From: Rhynchobatus australiae
Taxonomy: Eukaryota
Reading direction: 5' to 3'
DNA: 64,000 bases
Assembly: GCA_034780895.1 (NCBI GenBank)
Contig: JAUZTB010000017.1
Location: forward strand, 19,180,816-19,244,815
Under the pieces are notes generated by a model that was not told the DNA's origin, ran no database searches, and was given only the letters and a program-made list of their open reading frames with translations. This document shows positions 52,048 through 64,000 of this stretch, piece after piece (positions within the stretch are counted from its first letter, which is position 1; each line of letters opens with the position of its first letter). Made by a program: the position numbers and the translations under genes.

Positions 52048-52884
52048 NNNNNNNNNNNNNNNNNNNNNNNNNNNNNNNNNNNNNNNNNNNNNNNNNNNNN
52101 NNNNNNNNNNNNNNNNNNNNNNNNNNNNNNNNNNNNNNNNNNNNNNNNNNNNNNNNNNNNNNNNNNNNNNNNNNNNNNNNNNNNNNNNNNNNNNNNNNNN
52201 NNNNNNNNNNNNNNNNNNNNNNNNNNNNNNNNNNNNNNNNNNNNNNNNNNNNNNNNNNNNNNNNNNNNNNNNNNNNNNNNNNNNNNNNNNNNNNNNNNNN
52301 NNNNNNNNNNNNNNNNNNNNNNNNNNNNNNNNNNNNNNNNNNNNNNNNNNNNNNNNNNNNNNNNNNNNNNNNNNNNNNNNNNNNNNNNNNNNNNNNNNNN
52401 NNNNNNNNNNNNNNNNNNNNNNNNNNNNNNNNNNNNNNNNNNNNNNNNNNNNNNNNNNNNNNNNNNNNNNNNNNNNNNNNNNNNNNNNNNNNNNNNNNNN
52501 NNNNNNNNNNNNNTATGGTCCTAGAGGGCCACAAACCATGGCAGGAGCACAGGGGCGAGCTCAGGCAGCCAGCTGGATTGAATATGATCTGGCACATTTT
52601 TGAAAAATGTATGGAAGTAATTTGTACAGCTTCTGCACATCCAATTTTCTGATCATACTTCTTACCGTCACCAAAGTACCTATCTGATTATTTCATCATA
52701 AAGAACATTGTGATGACTTTTTGTTCATATGTAACTTATATTTTTCTATTTGTAATCACTGATTGAAATTGGTAAAATTAATTTCAGTAGTTATTTAAGC
52801 ATTACTTTGTTTAATAATTTATGCAAATCTCAATTCACTAACAGTGGTTCATGATAAGTACTTCTTTTATCTTTATTTCATCAG

Positions 52885-53034
52885 ATGTAGTATTAGAAAG
52901 TATGAATACCTTGTGGGAGCTACACAGTCAATTTTTCACAAAATCAGAACGGTTGCTTGACTTATTAAATGCTTCAGATCAGTCAGAGTATTGCAGGAAC
53001 AAATCAAAAGAAACTGCAGATGTCTGCCAAACAG
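52885..53034 (+). CDS. BTBD16: BTBD16 exon, BTB domain start (DVVLESMNTLWELHSQFFTKSERLLDLL...)
   Basis: tcAG acceptor and CAG|gtgaga donor. Resembles human '[28 protein letters not shown]' (recalled). Confidence 0.88.
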
Positions 53035-54163
53035 GTGAGAATACAAATAAAGGTGATTTGCTAATATTTGACCATGTACTGTTTTGGTGGAAAGCAAATC
53101 AAAAAAATTCCATATGTAAAAATTAAGGAAATAAAAGCAGTAGGTGGTGATATCATTTGACAGATCAAGCAAGGTCACTTCTCAGGACAGTTAAGTTACC
53201 GTATCTAGCCTAGATTCCGTGTGAACAGAAAGTCTTTTGCAAAAACTGATAAGTAAAATTTGACATCACCCTGTGTTAAACCAACTACCTGTGGTTAAAT
53301 CCATATTTCATAGTATGTCCAGAGGGCTGCCTGCAGATAAAATTGGGGCCTCGCCCGGGCCTCATCTCACAGTGGCCTGACCCAGATCCAAGTTCTTGTG
53401 GTTTTTCTTCATACCCATCTCAACCCAGTCTTGGACATGCTACTCCCAAGTGATGTTGTTGGACAGGTCAACCTGTGCTGAATCAGATGCTGGCTGGGAT
53501 GGCAGAATATAGCCCTAGCTGATCTGAACCTGAATGTTTTACTGGAGTATACAGCTGAATTGAATCAACCTAAATCCAACTCACATGGTTGGGTACCATT
53601 GTGGTCTGGTTTGGTAGTCAGGCTCTTATGTAAAGGAAACAAAGTAGCATCAGTTGACAAATGGAAGTCAGTAACTCAACATTTCAGTTCAAGATCCTCA
53701 ATCCTGGGATCATAGCAGATACAGATTGTTGGGCTGATTTACTTCAAGACCACAAATTTAATCTTATCACCCCGTGGCCATCTTAAACTTGTGAAAAGCC
53801 ATTTTAATTTAATATAAAACACCTAAGCCTACCAATAAAGAGCATGAAAAATCCAATACAATCCACTTCCCTATCGATCTACTTTCAATCAGCAGAAAAG
53901 TGACGGACAAGCATTTACTCAACAAAAGCAAGTTCGTNNNNNNNNNNGACAGTGATAACAAGGAGAACTTTCTCACCAATTAAATGCTCACTGATGATCA
54001 CTTTGGATTTGGCCAAAATTGTGTGGTTCAGATATCATTTCAACCTTGGTCTAAACATGGACCAAATTGTGATATTCCAATTTTAAAAAATTGCTCAGGT
54101 AAATTTGACTTTCAATGTTTCATTGAACATAATGCTTAATTGAACAGTTATAATACTTTATAG

Positions 54164-54346
54164 GAGGCTTATATTACTGTGGTCGAGAAGATGCATGTTG
54201 TGAATCCAAGCCTGACAAGTTAAAAAGGTGTAATCTGTGCAACATACATAATAAGGAAAACTGCTGGGCCACAGCTACAACAAAAAATCTGAAGAGAATC
54301 ATTAATTTGAAACTTGATGTGAAAGACCCACTTGTTACTACAGAAG
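54164..54346 (+). CDS. BTBD16: BTBD16 exon (GGLYYCGREDACC...KRIINLKLDVKDPLVTTE)
   Basis: tatAG acceptor and AAG|gtaata donor; phase 1-1, open. The 3' part resembles human 'KRIIISLKINDPLVTK' (recalled). Confidence 0.85.
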
Positions 54347-55689
54347 GTAATAATAAATGCTATCAACTCACGGGCATTGTGACTCAGTTATTTTTTGCTT
54401 TGTAGTCCATAAGCATGATATCAATAAAACTCAGTGAACATAGAATATGATAAAATATGAATATGATAAAATTTAATACACTGTGTGAAATGGTTTTATC
54501 ATATAAGTGTATGAATTTCCTTTGTTTTCATCTGTTTTACGGTCTGCGTTTTCTTCTATTTGGTTGTCTTTCTTTGCTTTGTTTCTTTATATGCAAGTGT
54601 GAAAAAGTACTCTAAAAATAATTAACTAACAATTTTGACATTTTTAGCAGCAATATACTTTATCAAGGATATTCAGACAAAAATATTGCTATATTCTTAT
54701 AATTTTATTAATCAGACTTAACTCCACCCAAAAATAAAATTAATACCATAGAGATAAGCATTCAAAACTTTTGTTTGTGCTGTGATATGTAATTTTGTAG
54801 TCAAAATTAATTAATGTGGATTTTAAAGTTATTCCACACAATATGTACTATTTTAAAGATCGGAGCTGATTCTATCACAAGAACATTAAAAACTCCTTTC
54901 TTTAGGAAATACAACATATGTTTGGCTGTCCACTTCTTTCATATTGTGCTAATGTGTAAAGTGATTGAGTTAGAAAAATGCACTGCAGATCTTGTCTTCA
55001 ATGGCCTGACTGTCTCAAATTTAAAATTAAAATTCCAAAGCCGAATTTTGGAAGTAAAGAAAATGATTGGTCTTCATTACATGCTCAAATGGAGCATTCA
55101 GCTGCCTTTTGTGCCCTCTGATGTTGACAGTTCCTCAATAAGGTCCATTTTCTAAACCAAATATAACCATTTTGCTTGTAAGTTTTGTAACTGAGGCAAC
55201 CAAATATTCATTGGAATGGACCCAACCTAAACCTTTTTCTGAACTGTTCGAATTGAACACTGTATGACATCTAGTAATATAACTATAATCATTTCTTTTG
55301 GATTACCACCCTTTGTACATCATTTGAAAGGAATATTGAATTTTATTGAGAACATCCTTGTGTCATAATTACAATCATAGCAATGGTTAGATGAATCCAA
55401 TGATAATCCTCCTAATGCTCCCAGACTCCCAGATACAATGCAACTTACTTAAATATCAATCAACCTCCAACTCCACTTCCAGGAAGTGAGAAAAAATCAG
55501 ATAAGGGAATCTAAACTTAACTTTACTCCAGTTCCCAAGACAAAACAGCAAGCTCTAGGAGACTGCAGTAACTCAGCACTAATTCCAATGATCTCACATT
55601 TACCCACAGTAACTCATTACATCCTCAACTCTCAGAAAGCTGTCCCGTTTCCTCCTTGGGGCAGGGAATCCATATTTAACATACATTCT

Positions 55690-55835
55690 CAGAATCAGAT
55701 TTATTATCACTGACATATGATGTGAAATTTGTTGTTTTACGGCAGCAGCATTTATAGCAAAGTTACTATAAATTACAAAAATAAATATGTAGTGCAAATA
55801 AAATGAATAATGAGGTAGTGTTCATGGATATTTCT
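55690..55835 (-). mobile_element. Rex1/Babar-type 3' tail
   Basis: Reverse complement of the tail at 17960-18100. Confidence 0.65.
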
Positions 55836-56387
55836 GATCATGGATCATTCTAGTTTCCACCTCTTGCATTCTCCAGGAGCTTATCACCCCCCCCCCCCCA
55901 ACCCATGAAGAAGTCATATCTTTACAGACCATTAAATTATTGAAATAGTGTAATGTTAATGATGGGTAATATTAAAAGAACTACTAATTGACACATTTTC
56001 TTACAAACTAATAATAGCAACTGCTAGTTCAGTGAAAGGATTTAACTACATTCCACATTCAATTGTAATGGGGCTTTTGGGAGCCAAGCTTGAGTCTGTC
56101 CATTTTAAGGTTCATAAAATGTAACATTGAAGATATGTATTTGCAAATGTAATAGAGCAAATATTTCAACTTGAGGGAATTCAGTTGAAAGTAGGATGTG
56201 CAATGAACTTGGTTGACTTACTCTATTTTGAACTGATGTGAAATCAGTTATTGTTCTTGGTTAACCTTAAAAATAACCAACCCGAATGCAATTCCATTCA
56301 CTGAAAAGAAGTTGCATTTATTAAGCATAATGTAATAGTCACAGCGAATCTTCATTGTGTCTAACAGTGAATATTTTGTTAGTATAG

Positions 56388-56502
56388 GTTTCGCTATTGC
56401 ACTAGGAAACCTGTATAATGATAAACCAGAAGTGGAAGCAGAATATGTTTTGGGTGTTTTTGTTGCTGCTGCAGTTCTGAAATTTAAACTTTTGTTTAAC
56501 AA
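56388..56502 (+). CDS. BTBD16: BTBD16 exon (GFAIALGNLYNDKPEVEAEYVLGVFVAAAVLKFKLLFNK); gene continues beyond the window
   Basis: tatAG acceptor and AA|gtaagt donor. Resembles human 'AFATALKNLY...LLGVLASAHILQFSGLFQR' BTB helices (recalled). Confidence 0.9.
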
Positions 56503-59379
56503 GTAAGTATTTCACTTTTAAAAGTAGAAGTTTTTGGAGAAAGAGTCATGATGTTGTTATGATTTATGAAATTGTTGAATTTGTAGCTGTGATTTCTTAG
56601 CAGTTACTTTCTTGGTTTCAGTTCTTGTAGAACTAAGAAAACAAAACTTGGGGTGTTAATTTCCAAAAGTTATGAGAAGTAAGCAGCTGCAGTTAAACAT
56701 CATTCTTGCTTTTCAAAATGAATCCTAGAAGAGCAAAGTAATGTCAGGCACCACTTATCTGGTATAGAGCACCACTAGCAGACTTGAAAATACTGTTCCA
56801 AAATTTCCTTAAATATTTAGGCGTAACTATCACTTTAGAGTTGTGCCATTTTTATGAGGAACTCACCACAACTAATTTACTTTGAAACAAGTCTGTGTTT
56901 AAATCTCAACCATTACTNNNNNNNNNNNNNNNNNNNNNNNNNNNNNNNNNNNNNNNNNNNNNNNGTATAGTTCTACTCTCATGCAGAAGTTTCAAGTTTC
57001 CTGCATTTATATTGCTTCCAAACAATTTAAATTTACTGATAAGATCTAAGGCTCAGTTTTGTTTTAGCTATTTAAGTTATAATTTTCCCTACTGAAGTTG
57101 GCACTGTATGATTTAAACTTGAATTTGTTGTTACACCACAATTGGTTACATTAAAAAGAGCAAAACTTCCATAATTACAGTTTTCTAAAAGATGTTATAG
57201 TTAACTTTCATGCCTTGACAATTGGAATGCTTAATTTGCATAATGAAAATTAGATAAAGTGGATAAATGTAGGCCATGTATATTATATCTTCCTGAGGCT
57301 TTTTCTGCTTATTTTATGCTTTTTTTTTAGAATGATGTGTCCATAAATGAGGTTCTTAGGCAATTTAGACTTAAGTTGATATTATCATAATCGGTGTTGA
57401 AGTCAATTTACCCGATGCCAAAAATTGGATTCAGAAAATTCTGAATTTCTTCAATCTTTCTGATTCTAACTTGAAGCAAGAAGTTTTGGTTTGCATCATT
57501 TTGATGTAGCATGGTACCTTCTAGTCACAAAGATTTTATTGTAATTCAGTTTTATTTATATAATGACTGTGAAAGAAGCATACTTTCATTGGTCAGGAAA
57601 AATTGAATGATTAATAATCTGTAATTCTATTTTCTGATTTTTCTCATTTTATAATTCTCTAAAATGAGCATCCTCTAATCTCCTTTCATAATTCAGTCAT
57701 CCTGCACTTGGAATCAATCTTGTTCCTCTTTCCTAACCCTCATCAATGTAATTATTTTATTCATTTTGAAGTGTCCTGACTAAAATTATACAAAGTACTC
57801 CAAGTGTCAATCTTCTCGGTCATGCTAAACTGTATATATGTTCATTCTGACCTAGATGTAGAGAAGTGTAGTGTGCTTTTCTGGGGTATGTGGGTGAACT
57901 TGAAGGCACATATTTTCTTTATGGGGTCTGTAAACTCCAATGAATGAACAATTTAATATTAGTGATTAAACAAATACTTTTCGTCACAGTAAAATGGACT
58001 TGTGACTATTTCATTACTGTCTTACACTAGTTACCACAAATACTCCAATTAATACAAAATCCATAAAAGATAAGTGCGCATTGTTCTTAAACTGCTTATA
58101 CTTGTGACCCAAATGCTCCATTCCTCCAGACTTACGCCAATGATTGTGGAGTGAAACAGTTCTGGAGTTGAGCAGTAATGCCTTCAGTGTCAAATGATGT
58201 AATCAGATGATAAGGGAACCCAGAATACAATTTGGCTATGAAACCATTTCTGGAAACCTTTGTTTTCTATGACAAAGCTGCCGATATTTATCAAAGCTTC
58301 TGAATATTCCTGATATTGAGAAACATATAAAACCATTAAAAATGAAACAAATGATTAAAAATTGAGCACATTTTGAAAAATAGAAGTGTGAAATACCCAA
58401 AAAATAAAAACTTTTAAATAATTAAAAGTAGTAAATGTAATGAAAAATTAAAAAAAGAAACTTGCCTTATTCTTACCATTTCTCCTCATAGTGGAACAAT
58501 CCCCATTCAAAGGAGTGATTTCTTTGATCCAGCACTGAGTCTAACCTGGCACAGAATCTGAGAACGGTTCCTCAGAAAGTGCCTTCTCTTCTGTTTAACT
58601 CCCTGTGGAGCTCGGCAACAGAATGCAGCTGAGAAATTGATAGTGGAGCTTGAATTGTAAATTTAAGAATTCCACTTTTGCACAGGGTTCATGAAACATG
58701 CCGGCATGTGGTGCTGAGAATTTCCAAAAGGAGCTACTGGAAAATCACCACAAACTGGACCAATGCTATTTGCTGTACATCACAGAACACTCTTATTCGG
58801 CGTGAATTGTGCAGTTTGTAAAATTTGACCAACCATTTCTGGATTGTAGTCAGGACTGTCCAAAACTAATGTATAGAATGTGCATGGTGTTACATCATCC
58901 TCTGTGCAATGCTCATTTAGATCATTTGGAGGTGAAATTGGACCACTGTTTACTGATTTAAAACATTGTTTAACATTCACAGAGAACCTCATTTTCATAA
59001 TTTTTCTATTCACTTTGTGATGAGCTGTACATCATTATGAACTGTACATCATTCAGAGAAACAAATTGCTATGTGGTTGAAATGCATATGGATGTTTTTA
59101 TCCCTAATCATGATTGAATATTGGCATGAATAGGCCTAGGTTAACTCTGCAGTGGAAATTTAGTACATCTATTTAAGAGTGTTTCATTTTCTAGACAGGG
59201 AGGTGTTTTGGCATCAAGTCATATCATTTATCACCCTTACCATCTTAAAGAGATGGTAAAGGAGTCCCATGATGACACCTGAAACATAGCAATAAGGTTT
59301 GGTCAAATGTATCTCTTTTTCTTTCATTCTCTGGTTATTTTTGCAATCTAAATTATTTACTTCTTGTAGTATCAGCAAA

Positions 59380-59680
59380 GAACCATTTGGTAGCACTCTT
59401 GCCTATGAGTCAGATGATGTATGTTCAAGTTTCACTCCAGGAGATCCAAATATATGTTGTTAAATGGCCCTTGTGCATATGACTTGGGATAAATCTTACA
59501 CGGAGCATTACTTCTAGTAAATTACTTCTAGTGTATGTACCCTTTGAATGGCATTTCAATATATATATCTTTTATATGTTTGTGGTGGTAGTTGTGACAT
59601 AATTGGTAGCACTCTAGTGTCCAAACTGAGGATATTGGATTCAAGCCCAACTTCAGCTATTCAAATACAAAAGTCTCCAA
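59380..59680 (+). mobile_element. Two decayed tRNA-SINE heads (SacSINE/DeuSINE-like)
   Basis: 'ggtagcactcttgcctatgagtcag...gttcaagtttcactccag' is repeated at about 59605. Confidence 0.5.
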
Positions 59681-61809
59681 CGNNNNNNNNNNNNNNNNNN
59701 NNNNNNNNNNNNNNNNNNNNNNNNNNNNNNNNNNNNNNNNNNNNNNNNNNNNNNNNNNNNNNNNNNNNNNNNNNNNNNNNNNNNNNNNNNNNNNNNNNNN
59801 NNNNNNNNNNNNNNNNNNNNNNNNNNNNNNNNNNNNNNNNNNNNNNNNNNNNNNNNNNNNNNNNNNNNNNNNNNNNNNNNNNNNNNNNNNNNNNNNNNNN
59901 NNNNNNNNNNNNNNNNNNNNNNNNNNNNNNNNNNNNNNNNNNNNNNNNNNNNNNNNNNNNNNNNNNNNNNNNNNNNNNNNNNNNNNNNNNNNNNNNNNNN
60001 NNNNNNNNNNNNNNNNNNNNNNNNNNNNNNNNNNNNNNNNNNNNNNNNNNNNNNNNNNNNNNNNNNNNNNNNNNNNNNNNNNNNNNNNNNNNNNNNNNNN
60101 NNNNNTCATTATAAGATTCATATGTGACAATGACATAAAGAAATGATACCAAGGGTTCCGTTTCTCTTAAGAAGTGGTGTTTATGCAGCTGTAACTGACA
60201 ATGAAGCAGATATTTGTAATTTTTTCATCAAATGTTATAGAAGAAATACATTATTTTACTAACAGCAACAATCAACCATGTTATGATTTTAATTCTAATA
60301 GGTGAAAATAATATGTTATCATTGTAGGTGTGCAACTGTTATGCTCGATAACATAAATACCACCACAGTATGTCACTTCCATAAAGCTGCTTTGAAGGTA
60401 AATTACTGTTAATTCCAAAACTAATATAATGATAGTTATTTTAAGTAACCTCATATTATTGACAATATATTTTGGAAAACATGTGCACTGATTCAAAATT
60501 TTCTTGTAAGAACCCACTGAATAGAACAAATTAATTGCACAGTCTGATAGTTTAAAAGAATATTAGTTCATAGAATTCCTGTTATATTACCATATGTAAA
60601 CTTATGATCACCCAAAGTTGCAGCGATGGATAATGTGGCATCTTGCTTCCCTGGCCATCTTCCAAAGTTCACCACAGCTGATTGCAGAGTTAAGTATCAT
60701 GTGACTGAGTAGCCTCTTAATAGGGCAGCTTCTGTGAATGGAGCACATATAAAAACATGGTTCTCTGGAGCAACCAAGAGTGGCCTAATTTCTGCTCCAA
60801 ATGTTCTCAAAGTGCATCATACTATGATGATGGCATTCCATTCACATCCTATGCATCCAATGTATGATTTACATGTTTACCTATCAGGATCCATTTTCTA
60901 TGAACAAATTTTGTTCTTCGCGTAAATGGTTGGCAGTAATTAATTTGTACATTAAAAGTGTTTATTAAAACTGAGCAGATCCAATAATCATGGATTAATT
61001 TAGGATTAACAATGCCATTAATGTTCTGAATATTAGACATTGTAGCATAACAAATGTGTAAATAATAGAATGCCGTGTATTAACACATCCATTCAGCAAT
61101 GATATGATGGGTAATTTTCAAAGACACAGTCTTTAGCTTACATTAACCTCTGCATTGCCTGTAAAAAGTCGAACATGTATCACATTTTCAGGAGTTAAGT
61201 CAAAGAAATTTCACCACAGATGGAAACTGTTGTACTCACTGTTCAACAACAAAATTTTAACTATAATTCCAACCTTCATTAATCCCACCACTATTTAATC
61301 ATATGGTGTTACCAAAAACGATGAAAAAAGTTACAGCAGTCATTTGTACTTAAAATATTACACTCCTGTTCGTGGGTGTTCTTTAAGTGCTCTTGCATAC
61401 TCTGGTGCTTCTCTGAGATGCAATTTGAGTGGCAGCAAACACATGAGAGGGATGACTGCTTTAGACTCCTACTGCAGTACTTTGCCAATCCATGAATGTT
61501 GCAATAGCTACTTCGGAATCACACTGAGTTTACACTGTAGCATTTACACAAACCTATTTGACATTCCAAAACTGCTCCTATGATGTAATGGAAGTTTGCT
61601 ACTTTTGGATGTCAGACTGTATGGATGTTGTACTCCTGAATTCACAGTATGGAGTTGGACAGCCTTTCCACACAAGAGAGGGTGAATTCCAGGGTCTGCA
61701 TCAAGGAAAAGAGTGAAAGAGAAAATAGGCAACCAGTCAGCCTTAGATCCATTATTGGAAGGATATTTGAATTCATCATTAAAGATATGGTAACCTGGCA
61801 TTTAATATG

Positions 61810-62330
61810 TCATAGTATGATTAGTTAGAGGAGTTTAAAGGGAAAATCACGTCTGACTAATCGAAAAGAGTTTTTTGGAACTAACAGGGTGAATAAAGGC
61901 ATTTAACAATGTTCCACACAACAGGTTATTGCATAAGGTAAGGGCATATGGGGTTGAGATAATATATAAGCACAGATGGAAGCTTGGTTAAAGTATAGAA
62001 AAAAGAGAATTAAACAGGTTGGTTTCAGGTTGACAGATTGCTACATGTCTGGCACCTCAGGGATAATTGGGCCTCAGCTATTCAAAAATTATTTTACTGA
62101 CATAGATGAAAACAGAAAGTGTAACATATCCAAGTCTACTAATGTTACAAAACCAATTAGGAGAGTGAACCATGAGGGGAATGGACAGATCCTGCAATGG
62201 ATATCGTCAAATGGGTGGTGAGAAGGAGACTGCTGGAGTTTAATTTACAGTATAAGATGAGAGAAAATGAGAGGTTATGTACCTTAGTAGAGAGAATAGA
62301 AAAGCTGCCTACTTTTGGAAAAGTGAAAAA
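61810..62330 (+). mobile_element. CR1 LINE RT fragment
   Basis: Decayed KAFNxVPHxRLLHKV and GxPQG..GPQLF...DID...ISK motifs. Confidence 0.7.
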
Positions 62331-62359
62331 AACAATTTAACTAATTAGGTTTTGAATTT

Positions 62360-62900
62360 TTTTTGGGATGTGTGCGTAACTGGTAAGGTTAACACTTATT
62401 GCCTACATGCTAATTGACTTAAAAATTGGGGTTGAGCCGCTTTCTTGAACTGCAGTTCTTCTGATAAAGGTAGGGCATTCCAGTGGTTAGATTCAGTGAC
62501 AATGAAAGAACAGCTGTATATTCCCATGTCAGGATGATGTGCCTTTTGGAGTGGGAGCAGGTAGTGGTGCTCCCAGGTACTTGCTGCCCTTACCATTCTA
62601 TGTGATGGAGGTTGTCGGCTTGCTGAGTGCTATTGGAATAGCCTAGTATGTAACTGAAGTGTATTTTCTAGATGACACACCCTCAGCTTCATTGTGGTCG
62701 TTGGTAGAGGGAATGAATGTTTTGGCTGTGGGATTGGTGTACCAATCCAGTGGGCTAATTTAAGTTGCATGTTGATGTGCCGCTTCAGTGTCATTGGAGT
62801 TGCACATCCAGGCAAGTGGAAAGTATTTCATTGTACTCTAAACTGTGCCTTATAATTGGTGGAAAGGCTTTGGGATGCCAGGATGTGAGTTACACACCAC
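62360..62900 (-). mobile_element. Old LINE 3' region (same family as 39540)
   Basis: Minus-strand ORF ...WNALP..ELQFKKAAQ, matching 40361. Confidence 0.65.
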
Positions 62901-63514
62901 AAGATAAGGGGACAGCTGTTTAAGACTGAAATGAGGAGAAATTATCACAAATATGGTTGTAAATCTTTGGAATTCTTTACTCAGATGCTCAGTTATTTAG
63001 AATATTCAAGGTCTTGATCCACAGATTTCTGCATACGAAGGTAATTGAAAAAGTAACCTAAACCACTAAGAAGAAATGGAAAGCGGCAGTAAAGTGATCT
63101 AGAGGCACAGAATCATCCATGTTCTTATCAAATTGATGTTCATGCTCAAGCAAACATCCTGCTTCTATTTTTATGTCATCAAGCAAAATGATCCATTAAC
63201 TTTCAGAAAGTTCAGCCATTGCACCAAATATGTATTATGTACCTGAGACATGAGAACCAGTGAGGTCCTCAATTCATGACCCTACAGCAGAATCAGATGG
63301 ACTTGCACAGAATGTCACACTGTAGTGATTCCTGATTTCCCCCATAGCCTATGTTATGTGGGGTCACAGTCTCTGATTTGGTTTTGAAGATGGTCATAAC
63401 AATTGACATAGTACAGAATTCTTTGCTGTCTTTCTTCTCCATGTTTTCAAGGAGTGAACTATTTCCTCCTTTTTTTTCAGTTCTTTGAAAGGAGTAGGGG
63501 GTTGTGATTCTTAC

Positions 63515-63680
63515 TATTGGTATTGGTTTATTATTGTCACATGTACCGAGGTACAGTGAAAAACTTGTCTTGCATATCATTCATGCAGTTCAATTCATTA
63601 CACAGTGCATCGAGGTAGTACAAGGTAAAACAATAAGAGTGCAGAATAAAGTGTAACAGCTATAGAAAAAGTGCATTGTT
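63515..63680 (-). mobile_element. Rex1/Babar 3' tail
   Basis: Near-identical to 9590-9730. Confidence 0.8.
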
Positions 63681-64000
63681 AAAGCCTGTACAACATATGT
63701 GATCACTATAGATGAACAAATGTGATGAACCCACATTAAGTAATGATAGGCTTAGGTTCATAGTAGTTGTTTATATGTAAGGAAGCTGGAGTGGCCATAT
63801 CGCACCAGGCAATATTTCCCCTTCAGTGTCTGACTTCAGCATTTGCCACTTCCTTCATGATCACTGCATTCTCATGGGCAGTGATAATATAGAGTCATTT
63901 TTCTTCTAACCCATTAAGAATCTGCCAGCTCCCATTACGTTTTATCCTGGGGAGAAAAAATATGGTTGCAAATGACTGTATTGGCAAGTGCATTGTGTGT

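Noticed and set aside
57856-57940. Possible next BTBD16 exon (KCREV...)
   Set aside because: In-frame TAG after 5 codons and no donor; the real exon probably lies beyond the window or in a gap.
4729-60152. Many long ORFs containing X runs
   Set aside because: Artefacts of translating through N gaps.

Overview
Eukaryotic vertebrate genomic DNA, AT-rich with many N gaps. The repeat families (CR1, Rex1/Babar, RTE, tRNA-SINEs, Penelope-like elements) suggest a cartilaginous fish such as a ray or shark; this is inference. Manual splice-phase chaining gives two + strand genes. (1) The last 10 coding exons and 3' UTR of TACC2 (842-31621, ending ...ELIAKMGKS*). Its introns hold a 9-nt GKP microexon, a 12-nt stop-containing (poison) microexon candidate and a 57-nt cassette exon candidate. 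(2) After a CpG island carrying three tandem RFX X-box motifs, the first 8 coding exons of a BTBD16 orthologue (35056-56502, continuing past the window). It has a long N-terminal extension and a Cys-rich insertion in the BTB domain. The TACC2-BTBD16 order matches human 10q26. Introns carry many decayed retroelements, including a family of short, often palindromic elements with minimal hammerhead-ribozyme motifs, plus an isolated 43-bp-stem hairpin. Most ORFs in the supplied track are spurious or are N-gap artefacts. No prokaryotic-type system is present. Homology statements rest on recalled human sequences, not on database searches.
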